Positions 1 to 11,700 of a DNA stretch of 64,000 nt are shown here, piece after piece (within the stretch, counting starts at the first letter, position 1; each line of letters starts with the position of its first letter). The stretch comes from Myxococcales bacterium (lineage in GTDB: Bacteria > Myxococcota_A > Polyangia > Palsa-1104 > JAEUJZ01). Below the pieces are notes generated by a model. The model worked only from the letters and a program-made list of their open reading frames with translations, was not told the origin of the DNA and did no database searches. The position numbers were made by a program, and so were the translations under genes. The DNA is taken from NCBI GenBank assembly GCA_016794505.1, contig JAEUJZ010000076.1, positions 128,001 through 192,000 of the forward strand, in the 5' to 3' direction.

Positions 1-53
1 CCCGTCCCTTGGGCGCTGTCTTTCTGGGCCCGCGGCGGTCTATCTTTCCCGGT

Positions 54-707
54 ATGCAGATCCTGTCCCCTGCGAGCTATCGCACGATGCCGTGGAAAAA
101 CGGCCTGGGCATCACGCACGAGATCGCGGCGCAGCGCAGCGACGAAGACCTGGCCAGCGGACGCTTTACCTGGCGCCTGAGCGTGGCCGAGGTCACCGCG
201 TCGGCGCCGTTTTCGTCCTTCCCTGGCTGCGACCGCATCATCGTCCTTTTGTCCGGCGACGGCATGCTTCTCGACAGTGGCGTGTACGGCCAGCATCGCC
301 TGGACCAGCCGCTTGTGCCCTACCCTTTTTCGGGCGATTGGTCGACGGACTGCCGGCTGCTGGGCGGTCCCTGCCGCGACTTCAACGTCATGGTCGATCG
401 CAGACGGGTACAGGCGACGGTACAGGTCGTGAAGCTGTCTTCCCAGCCCCAGGCCTTAGCCGTTGCTGACTCGCCGCTTCTGCTGTTTGTCGCCGACGGA
501 GATCTTCACGTCGACACGGACGCTGGCCGCAGCGCCTACGTACCTGTGCAGCACACCCTTTTCATCCACACGGATGAATCCATACCCGCGACGACGAAGC
601 TGACGCTGACGGCTGCAGGCGATAGCGCCGCCGCACTTCTGATCGCGCTTCACCCACGCGATGCGGATCCGTCCACGCAGGCACGTGCCGCCGCGGATCG
701 TGGCTAG
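54..707 (+). CDS. HutD/Ves family protein
   Basis: N-terminal 'MPWKNGLGITHEIA' and 'FSSFPGCDRIIVLLSGDGML' resemble HutD/Ves. The ORF opens at 9, but the internal Met at 54 gives a typical HutD N-terminus. High GC3. Confidence 0.55.
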   Translation: MQILSPASYRTMPWKNGLGITHEIAAQRSDEDLASGRFTWRLSVAEVTASAPFSSFPGCDRIIVLLSGDGMLLDSGVYGQHRLDQPLVPYPFSGDWSTDCRLLGGPCRDFNVMVDRRRVQATVQVVKLSSQPQALAVADSPLLLFVADGDLHVDTDAGRSAYVPVQHTLFIHTDESIPATTKLTLTAAGDSAAALLIALHPRDADPSTQARAAADRG

Positions 708-1120
708 CCGCGAGCGTTGTGACAGACAGCCTCGATGTTGTTGCCGTCGGGGTCCAAGATGAACGCGCCATAGTAGCCAGGGTGATACTGAGGCCGCGGC
801 CCCGGCGCGCCATAGTCCTGGCCACCTGCCGCCAGGGCCGCTTCGTAAAACGCTTGGATCTGCTCGGGACCTTCGGCCTTGAACGCCACGTGAATGGGGC
901 TCTTGGCGGGAGCGTGGCGATGATCCCAGAACGACATGCTGTTCTCGCCGATCCAGAACTGCGGCTGCTCGCGGCCATAGCCGGCGACCTTGTTCGGTCC
1001 AGGGTACTCGCCAGGGATGAAGGTCATCATGCGGCGATAGCCAATGGCCCCCAGCACTTTGTCGTAAAAAGCCAGGCTGCGATCGAAGTCAGCGACGGTA
1101 ATTCCGATGTGGTCGAGCAT
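704..1120 (-). CDS. VOC family protein (glyoxalase/bleomycin-resistance fold)
   Basis: 138 aa starting 'MLDHIGITVADFDRSLAFY', with 'FILDPDGNNIE' near the C-terminus, typical of the glyoxalase I/VOC superfamily. Convergent 4-bp overlap with the HutD-like gene. Confidence 0.7.
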   Translation of the reverse strand: MLDHIGITVADFDRSLAFYDKVLGAIGYRRMMTFIPGEYPGPNKVAGYGREQPQFWIGENSMSFWDHRHAPAKSPIHVAFKAEGPEQIQAFYEAALAAGGQDYGAPGPRPQYHPGYYGAFILDPDGNNIEAVCHNARG

Positions 1121-1343
1121 AGTGCGACGTTACCACACACGGCGGCGGCAAGCGCAAGCGAAACCTCGGGTCGGCCTCTCCCGAGTGCCGGCAAAGATTC
1201 CGCTTGCTTTGCTGAAAACACCGTGACTACGCTGCGGCCCGTCGTGCTGGCTGCCTGGATTCGTCCAAGGTGGTTGGCGAAACGAAGCCTCTCGGAATGT
1301 CCTAGAGAGGACCTTGACGAACTGTTCGAAGGAGCAAACGAAA

Positions 1344-1565
1344 ATGAAGAAGGCAATTCTGAAGGTTGGCGTGGTGGGACTGCTGCTGGCGAGCTTGGCT
1401 GGGGCCGGCGCGGGCTGTGCGTACGGCGCGATGGCGATCGCGCAGGACGGCACGGTGTTCGTGGCTCGCAATGACAGCTTCCTCTTCGGCGCCCTCCGCA
1501 AGATGTTCGCCTGTAAGCCGAACGCTGCTGAGATGACCTGCCAGGAAGTCAAGGGCGCGCCGTAG
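1344..1565 (+). CDS. small secreted/lipoprotein-like hypothetical protein
   Basis: Signal peptide 'MKKAILKVGVVGLLLASLAGAGAGC' preceded by GGAG-type RBS; ORF as tracked begins at 1314 but internal Met at 1344 fits better. Confidence 0.4.
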   Translation: MKKAILKVGVVGLLLASLAGAGAGCAYGAMAIAQDGTVFVARNDSFLFGALRKMFACKPNAAEMTCQEVKGAP

Positions 1566-1607
1566 TCGCCCTGGGTCGAGTCAACGTACGCCGTCTTTCT
1601 TCAGGCC

Positions 1608-2069
1608 ATGCGGCAGCGCAACGCACTTCGCCTTGTCGGTGTCTTGTGTTTGGCAGCCGTGGCCTGTCGTGAAGGCAGCCAGCCTCGACCTGCAGCCCAA
1701 AGCGACAGCGAGACCTTCGCCAGCGCTGTGGGCTTTCAGGTCGGTGCTGGGTCCAGCGGCATCGTGATCTCTGGTCAGTTCGCCACCGTTCCAGGGGGAC
1801 AGGAAGAGCGCTTGATTCCAACCCTGCCCAATGCGACGCAGGTCTGGCTTTCCACCTGCGCCGGACAGCTTAGCGAGCGCGCCGCCAGCGTTGACATCTG
1901 GCTGACTCTGCTTCCCGGCGGCAAGGTCAAAGAGGCGCGGGCGATGAACGGTGCGACGCCGCTTTCCCGCTGCTTGGTCGACGAGATCTCGCGTCAGACC
2001 TTGTCGGGCTTGTCGCTCTCGTCCGAGACCCGCATCGCGCTGCGGCTTGCGCTTAGCAAGACGGCGTGA
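1608..2069 (+). CDS. hypothetical lipoprotein
   Basis: Lipoprotein-type signal 'LVGVLCLAAVAC'. Its stop overlaps the downstream GTG start (GTGA), suggesting translational coupling. Confidence 0.5.
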   Translation: MRQRNALRLVGVLCLAAVACREGSQPRPAAQSDSETFASAVGFQVGAGSSGIVISGQFATVPGGQEERLIPTLPNATQVWLSTCAGQLSERAASVDIWLTLLPGGKVKEARAMNGATPLSRCLVDEISRQTLSGLSLSSETRIALRLALSKTA

Positions 2070-3727
2070 GCACACACCTGCTGCGGGCGGCGATCCGCGA
2101 TCGCTTGGCCGACGAACGACTGCTGGTGTCCGGCCGAAGCGATGGGGCGCTGCGCTTGCCCCTCATCTATCCCAGCCCGTATCACGTCGGCATGTCATCG
2201 CTGGGTTTTCAGACGGTGTACCGCCTGCTGAATCAGCCAGACACCGCGGGCTGGCCCGTGCCGCGACCGCTTCTGCGGGCCGAGCGCGCCTTTCTGCCCG
2301 ACGATGTCGCAGCCTGGCGACGCAGCCGCTTGCCGCTTCTGACGTATGAATCGCAGGCGCCAGTCGGTGATGCGCCGCTGCTGCTGTTTTCCATCGCCTA
2401 CGAGCTTGAGATCACCGGCCTGTTTACTTGCCTAGATCTAGCCGGCCTGCCGATCCTGCGCAGCCAGCGCGGCCCTGGGCAGCCGCTCGTCATCTGCGGC
2501 GGACCGCTGACCTTTTCCAACCCGCTGCCGCTCGGCCCCTTCGTCGACGTGGTGGTGATGGGCGAGGCCGAAGAGACGCTGCCAGCGCTTCTGTCAGCGA
2601 TCTGGGATGCCGGTCTGAACCCAAGTCCAGGCCGCGGAAACGCGGACGCGCTGTCGAGCGGAAGCGGACGCGAGGCCCTGCTTTCTGCGCTGGCCACGCT
2701 GCCAGGCGTATGGGTGCCGTCGGTGCATGGCGAGGTACTGCCCAAGGTCGGCCAGTGTGACGATGCGCTGCTGCCCGCGACGTCCGCCATTTTGACGCCG
2801 CATACCGAGCTGCGATCGATGTTCTTGATCGAGCCCGAGCGCGGCTGCTCGCGCGGCTGCACATACTGCGTCATGCGGCGCAGCACCAACGGCGGCATGC
2901 GCTTGGTCTCGCCCGAGCGGGTAAAGAGCCTGCTTCCCGACGACATCACGCGCGTCGGCTTGGTTGGCGCGGCGGTGACCGATCACCCGCGCTTGCCGCA
3001 GATCCTGCACCACATCGTCGTCGAACGCGGCCTGGAAGTGGGCATCAGCTCGCTGCGCGCCGACCGCTTGACGTCCGAGATCGTCGGACTTCTGCGACAG
3101 GGTGGCTACCGCACGCTGACCGTGGCCAGCGACGGCGCCTCTGAGCGCATGCGCGAGCTCGTCGAGCGCAGGACGCGCGAGCGCCATCTTTTGCGCGCCG
3201 CCGAGCTAGCCAAGCAGCACGATCTGCGCACGCTCAAGGTCTACATGATGGTGGGTTTGCCCGGCGAGACCGATGCTGACATCGACGAGCTCGTGCGCTT
3301 CGCAGGCGAGCTTGCGCAGCACTGCCGGCTCGCCTTTGGGGTCGCGCCCTTCGTTGCCAAGCGCAACACGCCGCTCGACGGAGCGCCGTTTGCCGGCATC
3401 GCGGACGTCGAAGCGCGCCTAGATCGCCTGCGTCGCGGGCTGCGCGGCATCGCGGATGTGCGCCCGACGTCGGCGCGCTGGGCCTGGGTCGAGTACCTCT
3501 TGGCCCAAGGCGACAGCGACGCCGGACTGCGAGCCTGGGTCGCACACCAAAATGGCGGCGGCTTTGCCGCCTGGCGGCGGGCCTTTTCCGGCTATGCGAC
3601 GCGGCTTGAGCGCCTGGCAGCGGCCGCAGCACCCGCCGATTCATCCCACGACGCAGGGACCGCGCCTGCGGACTCGGCGAACCGCGGCCAGACGCGACGA
3701 TCTTTGCCCGTGCTGGCAGAAGCCTAG
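2066..3727 (+). CDS. B12-binding-domain radical SAM protein
   Basis: 'CSRGCTYC' is a CxxxCxxC radical-SAM cluster motif. The N-terminal region looks like a B12-binding-like domain. GTG start overlapping the upstream stop. Confidence 0.85.
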   Translation: MSTHLLRAAIRDRLADERLLVSGRSDGALRLPLIYPSPYHVGMSSLGFQTVYRLLNQPDTAGWPVPRPLLRAERAFLPDDVAAWRRSRLPLLTYESQAPVGDAPLLLFSIAYELEITGLFTCLDLAGLPILRSQRGPGQPLVICGGPLTFSNPLPLGPFVDVVVMGEAEETLPALLSAIWDAGLNPSPGRGNADALSSGSGREALLSALATLPGVWVPSVHGEVLPKVGQCDDALLPATSAILTPHTELRSMFLIEPERGCSRGCTYCVMRRSTNGGMRLVSPERVKSLLPDDITRVGLVGAAVTDHPRLPQILHHIVVERGLEVGISSLRADRLTSEIVGLLRQGGYRTLTVASDGASERMRELVERRTRERHLLRAAELAKQHDLRTLKVYMMVGLPGETDADIDELVRFAGELAQHCRLAFGVAPFVAKRNTPLDGAPFAGIADVEARLDRLRRGLRGIADVRPTSARWAWVEYLLAQGDSDAGLRAWVAHQNGGGFAAWRRAFSGYATRLERLAAAAAPADSSHDAGTAPADSANRGQTRRSLPVLAEA

Positions 3728-3734
3728 GCAGCCG

Positions 3735-4454
3735 ATGCCGCGCCTGCCGATCGCGCTTCTGGGTCGCGAGCTGCGCTTTCCTGCCGTCGAGCAAGCGCAC
3801 GAAAGCGGCCTGCTTGCGGTCGGTGGCGATCTATCCGTCGAGCGCCTGCTATTGGCCTATGGCAGCGGCATCTTTCCCTGGCCGGAAAAGAACACGCCGA
3901 TCCTGTGGTGGGCTCCGCCCGAGCGCGCCATCATCGAGCCGCAGCACCTGCACGTCGGACGCAGCCTGCGCAAGCTTGTGCGCCGCGGCGAGTTCACGGT
4001 GCGCGCCGATCACGACTTTCCCGCCGTCATCCGCGCCTGCGCCCGCATTCCCCGTCGCGGTCAGCGCGGCACCTGGATCTTGCCGGCCATGATCGACGCC
4101 TACATCCGCTTGCATGAAGCCGGCTATGCCCACTCGATCGAGGCCTATCGCGACGGCGTCTTGTGCGGCGGGCTGTACGGCGTGTCGCTGGGCGGCTGCT
4201 TCTTTGGCGAGTCGATGTTTTCGCAGGTCGACAACGCATCCAAGGTCGCCTTCGTCGTGCTGGCCGAGCAGCTTTCGGCCTGGGGCTTCGACGTGATCGA
4301 CGCACAGGTGCAGAACGATCACCTAGAGCGCTTCGGCGTCTATACCATCGAGCGCGCCGCGTTTATGATCCGTCTGCGCAAGAGCCTCTTGTTGCCGACG
4401 CGCAAAGGCAGGTGGCAGCTGGACCTGCCCATGGCGCGCGACGACAAACCCTAG
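3735..4454 (+). CDS. aat: leucyl/phenylalanyl-tRNA--protein transferase
   Basis: 'GGDLSVERLLLAYGSGIFPW', 'ILWWAP', 'GESMFS..NASKVA' are collinear with E. coli Aat. ATG at 3735 lies 8 bp after the rSAM stop; the tracked ORF from 3456 is an upstream extension. Confidence 0.85.
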   Translation: MPRLPIALLGRELRFPAVEQAHESGLLAVGGDLSVERLLLAYGSGIFPWPEKNTPILWWAPPERAIIEPQHLHVGRSLRKLVRRGEFTVRADHDFPAVIRACARIPRRGQRGTWILPAMIDAYIRLHEAGYAHSIEAYRDGVLCGGLYGVSLGGCFFGESMFSQVDNASKVAFVVLAEQLSAWGFDVIDAQVQNDHLERFGVYTIERAAFMIRLRKSLLLPTRKGRWQLDLPMARDDKP

Positions 4455-4514
4455 CCGGGCCTGCGTACCGCCAAAAACCCAAGCGGCCGATCGGGGGCCG
4501 AAAGTGAGTGCAGC

Positions 4515-5564
4515 ATGAACGAACGTCAGACCCTAGATGCCGTCAAGGATTACTACGGGCGTGTGCTCCAGAGCTCAGGCGATCTGCAGACCAGCGCCTG
4601 CTGCACGGCCGACAGCATGCCCGTGTACCTGCGGCCCATCGAAGCGCAGCTTCACGACGAGGTGCGCGATCGCTTTTACGGCTGCGGCTCGCCGATTCCG
4701 CTGTGCTTGCAGGGCGCGACCGTGCTCGATCTGGGCTGCGGCTCGGGCCGCGATACGTTTATTTTGTCCAAGCTGGTCGGCGAGCACGGCCAGGTCATCG
4801 GCGTCGACATGACCGACGAGCAGCTTGCCGTCGCCAGCCGCCATCGTGACTACCACGCGCAGAAGTTTGGCTACGCCCAGTCGAACGTGCGCTTGGTGCA
4901 GGCCTATATCGAAGACCTGCGCAGCGCCGGCATTGCCGATGCATCGGTTGACGTCGTGATCTCGAACTGCGTCATCAACCTGTCGCCGGACAAGGGCCGC
5001 GTCTTTTCCGAGATCTTCCGCGTGCTCAAGCCCGGTGGCGAGCTGTACTTCTCAGACGTGTTTTCCGGGCGCCGTGTGCCCAAGCACCTTGCCGTCGATC
5101 CGCTGGTCTTGGGCGAGTGCCTGGGCGGCGCGCTGTACATCGAAGACTTTCGCCGCCTGCTGCGCTCTGTCGGCTGCCTCGATTATCGCGTCGTAAACAG
5201 CCGCCGCATCGAGCTGGGCAACCCCGACATCGAGCAGCGCGCCGGCATGATCGACTTCTATTCAAAGACGATCCGCGCGTTCAAGCTCGACCTGGAAGAC
5301 CTCTGCGAAGACTACGGGCAAGTCGCGTACTACCAGGGCACGCTGGCGGAAAGTCCGCACCAGTTTCTGCTCGACGATCACCACCTGTTTAAGACCGGGC
5401 AGCCGATGCTGGTCTGCGGCAACACCGCGGCCATGGTCGGCGACACGCGCTATGCCCGCCACTTCAAGATCCTCGGCGATCGCTCGACCCACTTTGGACC
5501 GTTCGATTGCGCGCCCAGCCCCGGCGGCGCCATCGCCACACCGGCCAGCGGCGCCTGCTGCTAA
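4515..5564 (+). CDS. arsM: arsenite S-adenosylmethionine methyltransferase-like (ArsM/AS3MT family)
   Basis: N-terminal 'VKDYYGRVLQSSGDLQTSACC' with conserved Cys residues. SAM-binding 'VLDLGCGSGRD'. 'ISNCVINL' motif and C-terminal Cys-rich tail typical of ArsM. Confidence 0.7.
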   Translation: MNERQTLDAVKDYYGRVLQSSGDLQTSACCTADSMPVYLRPIEAQLHDEVRDRFYGCGSPIPLCLQGATVLDLGCGSGRDTFILSKLVGEHGQVIGVDMTDEQLAVASRHRDYHAQKFGYAQSNVRLVQAYIEDLRSAGIADASVDVVISNCVINLSPDKGRVFSEIFRVLKPGGELYFSDVFSGRRVPKHLAVDPLVLGECLGGALYIEDFRRLLRSVGCLDYRVVNSRRIELGNPDIEQRAGMIDFYSKTIRAFKLDLEDLCEDYGQVAYYQGTLAESPHQFLLDDHHLFKTGQPMLVCGNTAAMVGDTRYARHFKILGDRSTHFGPFDCAPSPGGAIATPASGACC

Positions 5565-5743
5565 GAGGCTGTCCTCGTCACGGGCGATTACGCCACCAGT
5601 CACCTAGGTCGGTTTGACACGCACGCGCGGCGCAGGACGCGGACGCGCTGATTCCTCCGCCGGGACCAGTGCTTAGCGGTACCGCTCGACTCGTCCCCGC
5701 CTTTCTGAGTAGTGTTTGAGGCGAGTTTTACTGGGGGATTCGC

Positions 5744-8700
5744 GTGTTCGCAGAAGCTGTGCGTGCTGCATTGGTCTTGATGTTCTTTGGCGTCTCGGGT
5801 CAGTCGCTGACCGCGGCACCCAAAGCCACCACCGTCGCCGCGTCGGGCATCACCACATCGTCGGCGGTGCTCAACGGCATCGGCAACCCAAGCGGAGAAG
5901 CCACCACAGGACGCTTCCGCTATAGCTCGACCAACCCTGGGACGTGCAACGACACGTTCGGCACCCGCGTGCCCACGGCCGGCGGCACCGATCTGGGCAC
6001 AGGCAGCTCGCCCGTCCCCTACTCGATCACCACCACCGGCCTGACGCCAGGCGTCACGTATTACTTCTGCTCGATCGTCTCGAATGCGTCGGGCACGTCG
6101 TTTGGCGCCATCCTTTCGTTCACCATTCCGGCGCCGCCCGTGGTGGTGACCACTGGCTCGACGATGGTGACCAGCGGCTCGGCGACGCTGCAGGGCACGG
6201 CTGACCCGCTGACTTCACCGACGACGGGCTGGTTCCGCTACGGCACGACGAACCCCACGGCTTGCGACGACTCCTTCGGTACCCGCGCCCCCTGGAGCGG
6301 CGGATCGTCGCTGGGTTCAAGCGTCGGCGCGGTGGCGTACACGACGTCGATCAGCGGCCTTCTGCCCGCGACGACGTATTACTTCTGCGCCATCGCGCAA
6401 AACGGCTTGGGCACCGGCTTCGGTCGCATCGAGTCGTTCACCACTCCAGCCAATGCGCCCTCGGTCAGCACCAACAGCGCGAGCAGCCTGACGCGCACCA
6501 CGGGCGTGCTGAACGGCAGCGCCAACCCCGGTGGCTCGGCGACGACGGCGTGGTTCCGCTATGCCACGGCCAGCCCCGGCACCTGCAACGACACCTTTGG
6601 CACCCGCGCCCCAGCCAGCGGCGGATCGTCGCTGGGCGCGGGCACCAGCAGCGCCAACTTCTCGCAGTCGATCTCGGGCTTGTCGTCGGCCACGACCTAT
6701 TACTACTGCGCCATCGCCGTCAACGCCGTCGGCACAAGCTGGGGCAGCGTGCAGTCGTTCACCACGCCGTCTTCGCCCACGGTGCGCACCACGCCGGCCA
6801 GCAACATCAGCAACACCACGGCCACGCTCAATGGCGCCGGCAACCCGCAGCGCGCAAGCACCACCGGCTGGTTCCGCTATGCCATCAGCGACCCCGGCAC
6901 CTGCGACGACAAGTTCGGCTCGCGAGCCCCGGTCAGCGGCGCGATCAACCTGGGCGCTGACATCTACGACGTCGATTACCTCGTGAATATCTCGGGGCTC
7001 TCTCCTGCCACTACGTATTGGTACTGCGCCATCATTGCCAGCAGCGAAGGCACAGCGTTTGGCAAGGTCATGACCTTTACCACTGCTTCGGCGCCCGTGG
7101 CCGTCACCAACGCAGCCACCAACGTCACGTCGAGCGGCGCGGTAATCAACGGCGCAGGCAACCCCAACGGATCGAGCGCAAGCGGCTGGTTCCGCTACTA
7201 CACCGTCGATCCTGGGACCTGCAATGACTCGTTCGGCTGGCGCATCCCGTCGAGCGGCGGCACATCGCTGGGCGCGGGCAATACAGCGACGCCTTTTGCC
7301 CAGTCGCTAAGCGGCCTGTCGCCGTCGACGACCTATTACTACTGCGCCATGGTCAACAACAGCTATGGCACCAGCTTTGGCGCCGTGCAGAGCTTTACCA
7401 CCACGGCCATGCCTCCCACGGTCAGCACGGGCAGCGCCAGCAGCCTGACGCGGACGACCGGCGTGCTCAACGGCTACGCCAACCCCGGAGGCATCGCCAC
7501 CACCGCCTGGTTCCGCTACAGCAAAGTCAGCCCCGGCACGTGCAACGACAGCTTCGGCGACCGCGCCCCCGGTACTGGCGGCTCGTCGCTGGGCTCGGGC
7601 AGCAGCAGCGTCGCGTTCTCGCAGGCCATCTCGGGTCTTACGCCCGCGACGATGTATTACTTCTGCGCCTTCGCCAGCAACTCGATGGGCACGGTGGTTG
7701 GCTCGGTGCAGACGTTCATCACGCCGGCCTCGCCGACTGCCCGCACGACGCCGGCCAGCAACATCAGCAACTCTTCGGCGACGCTAAATGGCGCCGGCAA
7801 CCCGCAGCGCTCGGCGGCCAGCGGCTGGTTCCGCTACAGCGCCACCAACCCCATGACCTGCGACGACAAGTTCGGCTCGCGCGCCCCGGTTAGCGGCGCC
7901 ACCAACCTCGGAGCCGACATCTATGACGTCGACTACGTCACCAACATCACCGGCCTTTCGCCCGGCACGACCTATTACTTCTGCGCCATCGTCAGCAGCA
8001 CCGAAGGCATAGCCTTCGGCGCGATTCAGTCGTTTACCACCGCCGGGCCGGTCACCGTCAGCACCAGCGCGGCCACCAGCGTCACCGCATCGTCGGCGGT
8101 GTTAAACGGCACCGGCAACCCCAACGGCGCCACCGCCGCTGGCTGGTTCCGCTACAGCAACACCGACCCTGGCACCTGCAATGACTCGTTCGGCTGGCGC
8201 GCTCCGTACACGGGCAACGTCAACCTGGGAGCCACCGCCACCGTCGTCCCATTCACGCAGTCGGTGACCAGCCTGTCACCGGGCACGACCTATTACTTCT
8301 GCGCCATCGCCAACAACAGCTATGGCACCAGCTTTGGCGCCGTCATGTCGTTCACCACGCCGGCCACGGCCCCGTCGGTCAGTACCAGCGGTGCGACCAG
8401 CTTGACGCGCACGACAGCGGTCCTAAACGGCTACGCCAACCCCGGCGGCATCGCCACCACGGCGTGGTTCCGCTACAGCAAGCTCAGCCCTGGCACCTGC
8501 AACGACAGCTTCGGCGACCGCGCCCCCGGCACGGGCGGCTCGGCGCTCGGCTCGGGCAGCAGTGGCGTCAGCTTCTCGCAGGCGATCTCGGGTCTTTCGC
8601 CCGCGACGACGTATTACTTCTGCGCCATCGCCGCCAACACCATGGGCACGGTGCTGGGCTCGGTGCAGACGTTCATCACGCCGGGCTCACCGACCGCCCG

Positions 8701-11700
8701 CACCACAGCCGCTAACAACATCACCACCACGTCCGCGACGCTAAACGGCGCCGGCAACCCGCAGCGCGCGGCCACCACCGGCTGGTTCCGCTACGCCACC
8801 TCGGACCCCGGTACCTGCGACGACAAGTTCGGCTCGCGAGCCCCCGTGATGGGAGGCACCGCCCTCGGCGCCGACATCTATGACGTCGACTACGTCACCA
8901 ACATCAGCGGTCTATCGAGCGGGACGACGTATTACTACTGCGCCATCGTCAGCAGCAGCGAAGGCATGGCGTTTGGCACCATCCAGTCGTTCACGACCTC
9001 GGGCATTCCGACGGCAACTACGGTGGCGGCGAGCAGCGTGACCTCGTCGTCGGCTGTGCTCAACGGCACCGGCAACCCCAACGGCGCCGCTGCCATCGGC
9101 TGGTTCCGCTACAGCAACACCGATCCCGGCACCTGCAACGACAGCTTTGGCTGGCGTGCGCCGTACACGGGCAACAGCAACCTGGGATCCACCGCTGGCA
9201 GCGTGCCGTTTGCGCAGACGGTCAGCAGCCTGTCGCCGGGCACGACCTATTACTACTGCGCCATCGCCAGCAACAGCTATGGCGTGGGCTTCGGCGCGGT
9301 CATGACGTTCAGCACGCCCGCCACGGCTCCGACGGTCACCACCAGCGGAGCCAGCAACCTCACGCGCACGACCGGCGTACTAAACGGCTATGCCAACCCC
9401 GGCGGCGCCGCCACCACGGCGTACTTCCGCTATGACACGGCCAGCCCCGGCACCTGCAACGACAGCTTTGGCAAGCGCTCGCCGTCGACCGGTGGCTCGT
9501 CGCTGGGCTCGGGCGCCAGCAGCGTGTCGTTCTCGCAGTCCATCTCGGGCCTGACTGCCGCGACGATGTACTACTACTGCGCGATTGCCTCGAACACCAT
9601 CGGCAAGGCCTTCGGCACGGTGCAGTCGTTCATCACGCCCAGCGCACCGACGGCTCGCACCACGCCGGCCAGCAACATCGCCAACACCTCGGCGACGCTA
9701 AATGGCGCCGGCAACCCGCAGCGCGCCGCAGCATCCGGTTGGTTCCGTTACAGCACCACCAACCCCATGACCTGCGACGACAAGTTCGGCTCGCGCGCCC
9801 CGGTCAGCGGCGCCACCAACCTCGGAGCCGACATCTATGACGTCGACTACGTCACCAACATCACCGGCCTTTCGCCCGGCACGACCTATTACTTCTGCGC
9901 CATCGTCAGCAGCACCGAGGGCACGGCGTTTGGCACCATCCAGTCGTTCACCACGGCCTCGCCGCCTGTGGCGATCACCAAGCCGGCCACGTCGATCACC
10001 GCTTCCTCGGCGACCCTGAACGGAGAGGGAACGCCCAATGGCTCTGCCGCCACCGGCTGGTTCCGCTACGGCAACACCGACCCCGGCACCTGCAGCGATA
10101 GCTACGGCACCCGCCTGCCGTGGAGCGGCAGCACGTCGCTGGGCGCCGGGACCACCAGCGTGCCCTTTGCCGGCGCGCTGAGCAGCCTGACGCCTGGCGC
10201 GACCTATTACTTCTGCGCCATCGTCAGCAACGGCTATGGCACAAGCTTTGGCGCCGTGCAGTCGTTCAAGATGCCGGCGACCGGCCCCGCCGTCACCACC
10301 AGCGGAGCCAGCAGCCTGACGCGCACGACGGGCGTGCTCAACGGCTACGCCAACCCCGGCGGCGATGCCACCACCGCCTGGTTCCGCTACGGCACGGCCA
10401 GCCCTGGCACCTGCAACGACACCTTCGGTACGCGCGCTCCGACAACGGGTGGATCGTCGCTGGGCTCGGGCACCAGCACGGTGTCGTTCTCGCAGGCCAT
10501 CTCAGGCCTGTCGCCGGCCACGACCTATTACTACTGCGCCATCGCCGCCAACTCGGTCGGCACCTCGTGGGGCACCGTGCAGACGTTCATCACGCCGACG
10601 GCGCCGACGGCACTGACCACGCCAGCCAGCAACATCACCAACACCACGGCGACGCTCAATGGCTCGGGCAACCCGAACCGCGGCGCGACCCAGGGCTGGT
10701 TCCGCTATGCCACCAGCGACCCCGGCACCTGCGACGACAAGTTCGGCTCGCGAGCGCCGACCTCGGGCGGCGTCAGCCTGGGCAGCGACATCTATGACCA
10801 GCCCTATTCCGTAAATATCGCCGGTCTGTCGCCCGCCACCACGTATTATTACTGCGCCATCGTCAGCAGCACCGAAGGCACGGCGTTCGGCGCGGTGCTG
10901 ACCTTCACCACGTCGGCGCCCGCCACGGCGACCACGCTTTCCGCGAGCAGCGTCGCATCGACCACGGCGACGCTCAACGGCTCGGGCAACCCCAACGGCG
11001 CCGCAGCCACCGGCTGGTTCCGCTACAGCACCACCAGCCCCGGCACGTGCAACGACAGCTTTGGCACGCGCATGCCGTCCAGCGGAGGTACCTCGCTGGG
11101 CTCGGGCACGGGCAGCGTCGCCTTTGGTCAGGCCATCACCGGGCTGTCACCCGGCGTGACCTATTACTACTGCGCGTTCGCCTCGAACGCCGTGGGCATG
11201 GGCATGGGCGCGCTCTTGTCGTTCACCACGCCGGCCAGCTTGCCGACGGTCATCACCGAAGCGCCGTCGGGCATCGCCATCCAGCTAAACGGCACGGTCA
11301 ACCCCAACGGCGCCGCGACGGTTGGCTGGTTCCGCTTGGCCACCACCAGCCCCGGCACCTGCAACGACACCTTCGGGACGCGCGTGCCGACTACCGGCGG
11401 TACGTCGCTCGGCTCGGGAGCCAGCTACGTCTCGTACCAGCAGCCGGCGCCGAGCTTGGTGCCGGGCACGACCTACTACTACTGCGCGATTGCCTCGAAC
11501 GCAGTGGGCACGTCGTATGGCGTCGTGCGCTCGTTCACGGCGCCGATGCCGCCGACCGTCGCAACGCTGGCCGCGACGCCTGTGACGGCGACCACGGCGA
11601 CGCTTAACGGCTCGGGCAATCCCAACGGCAACTCGACGATTGCCTGGTTCCGCTACAGCACCAGCAGCCCGACGACCTGCAACGACGTGTTCGGCACGCG

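Noticed and set aside
3456-3734. Upstream extension of the aat ORF starting at 3456 (overlapping the end of the radical SAM gene)
   Set aside because: Homology to Aat begins at MPRLPIALLG (ATG at 3735). The extension is an Arg/Pro-rich out-of-frame overlap with the rSAM gene.
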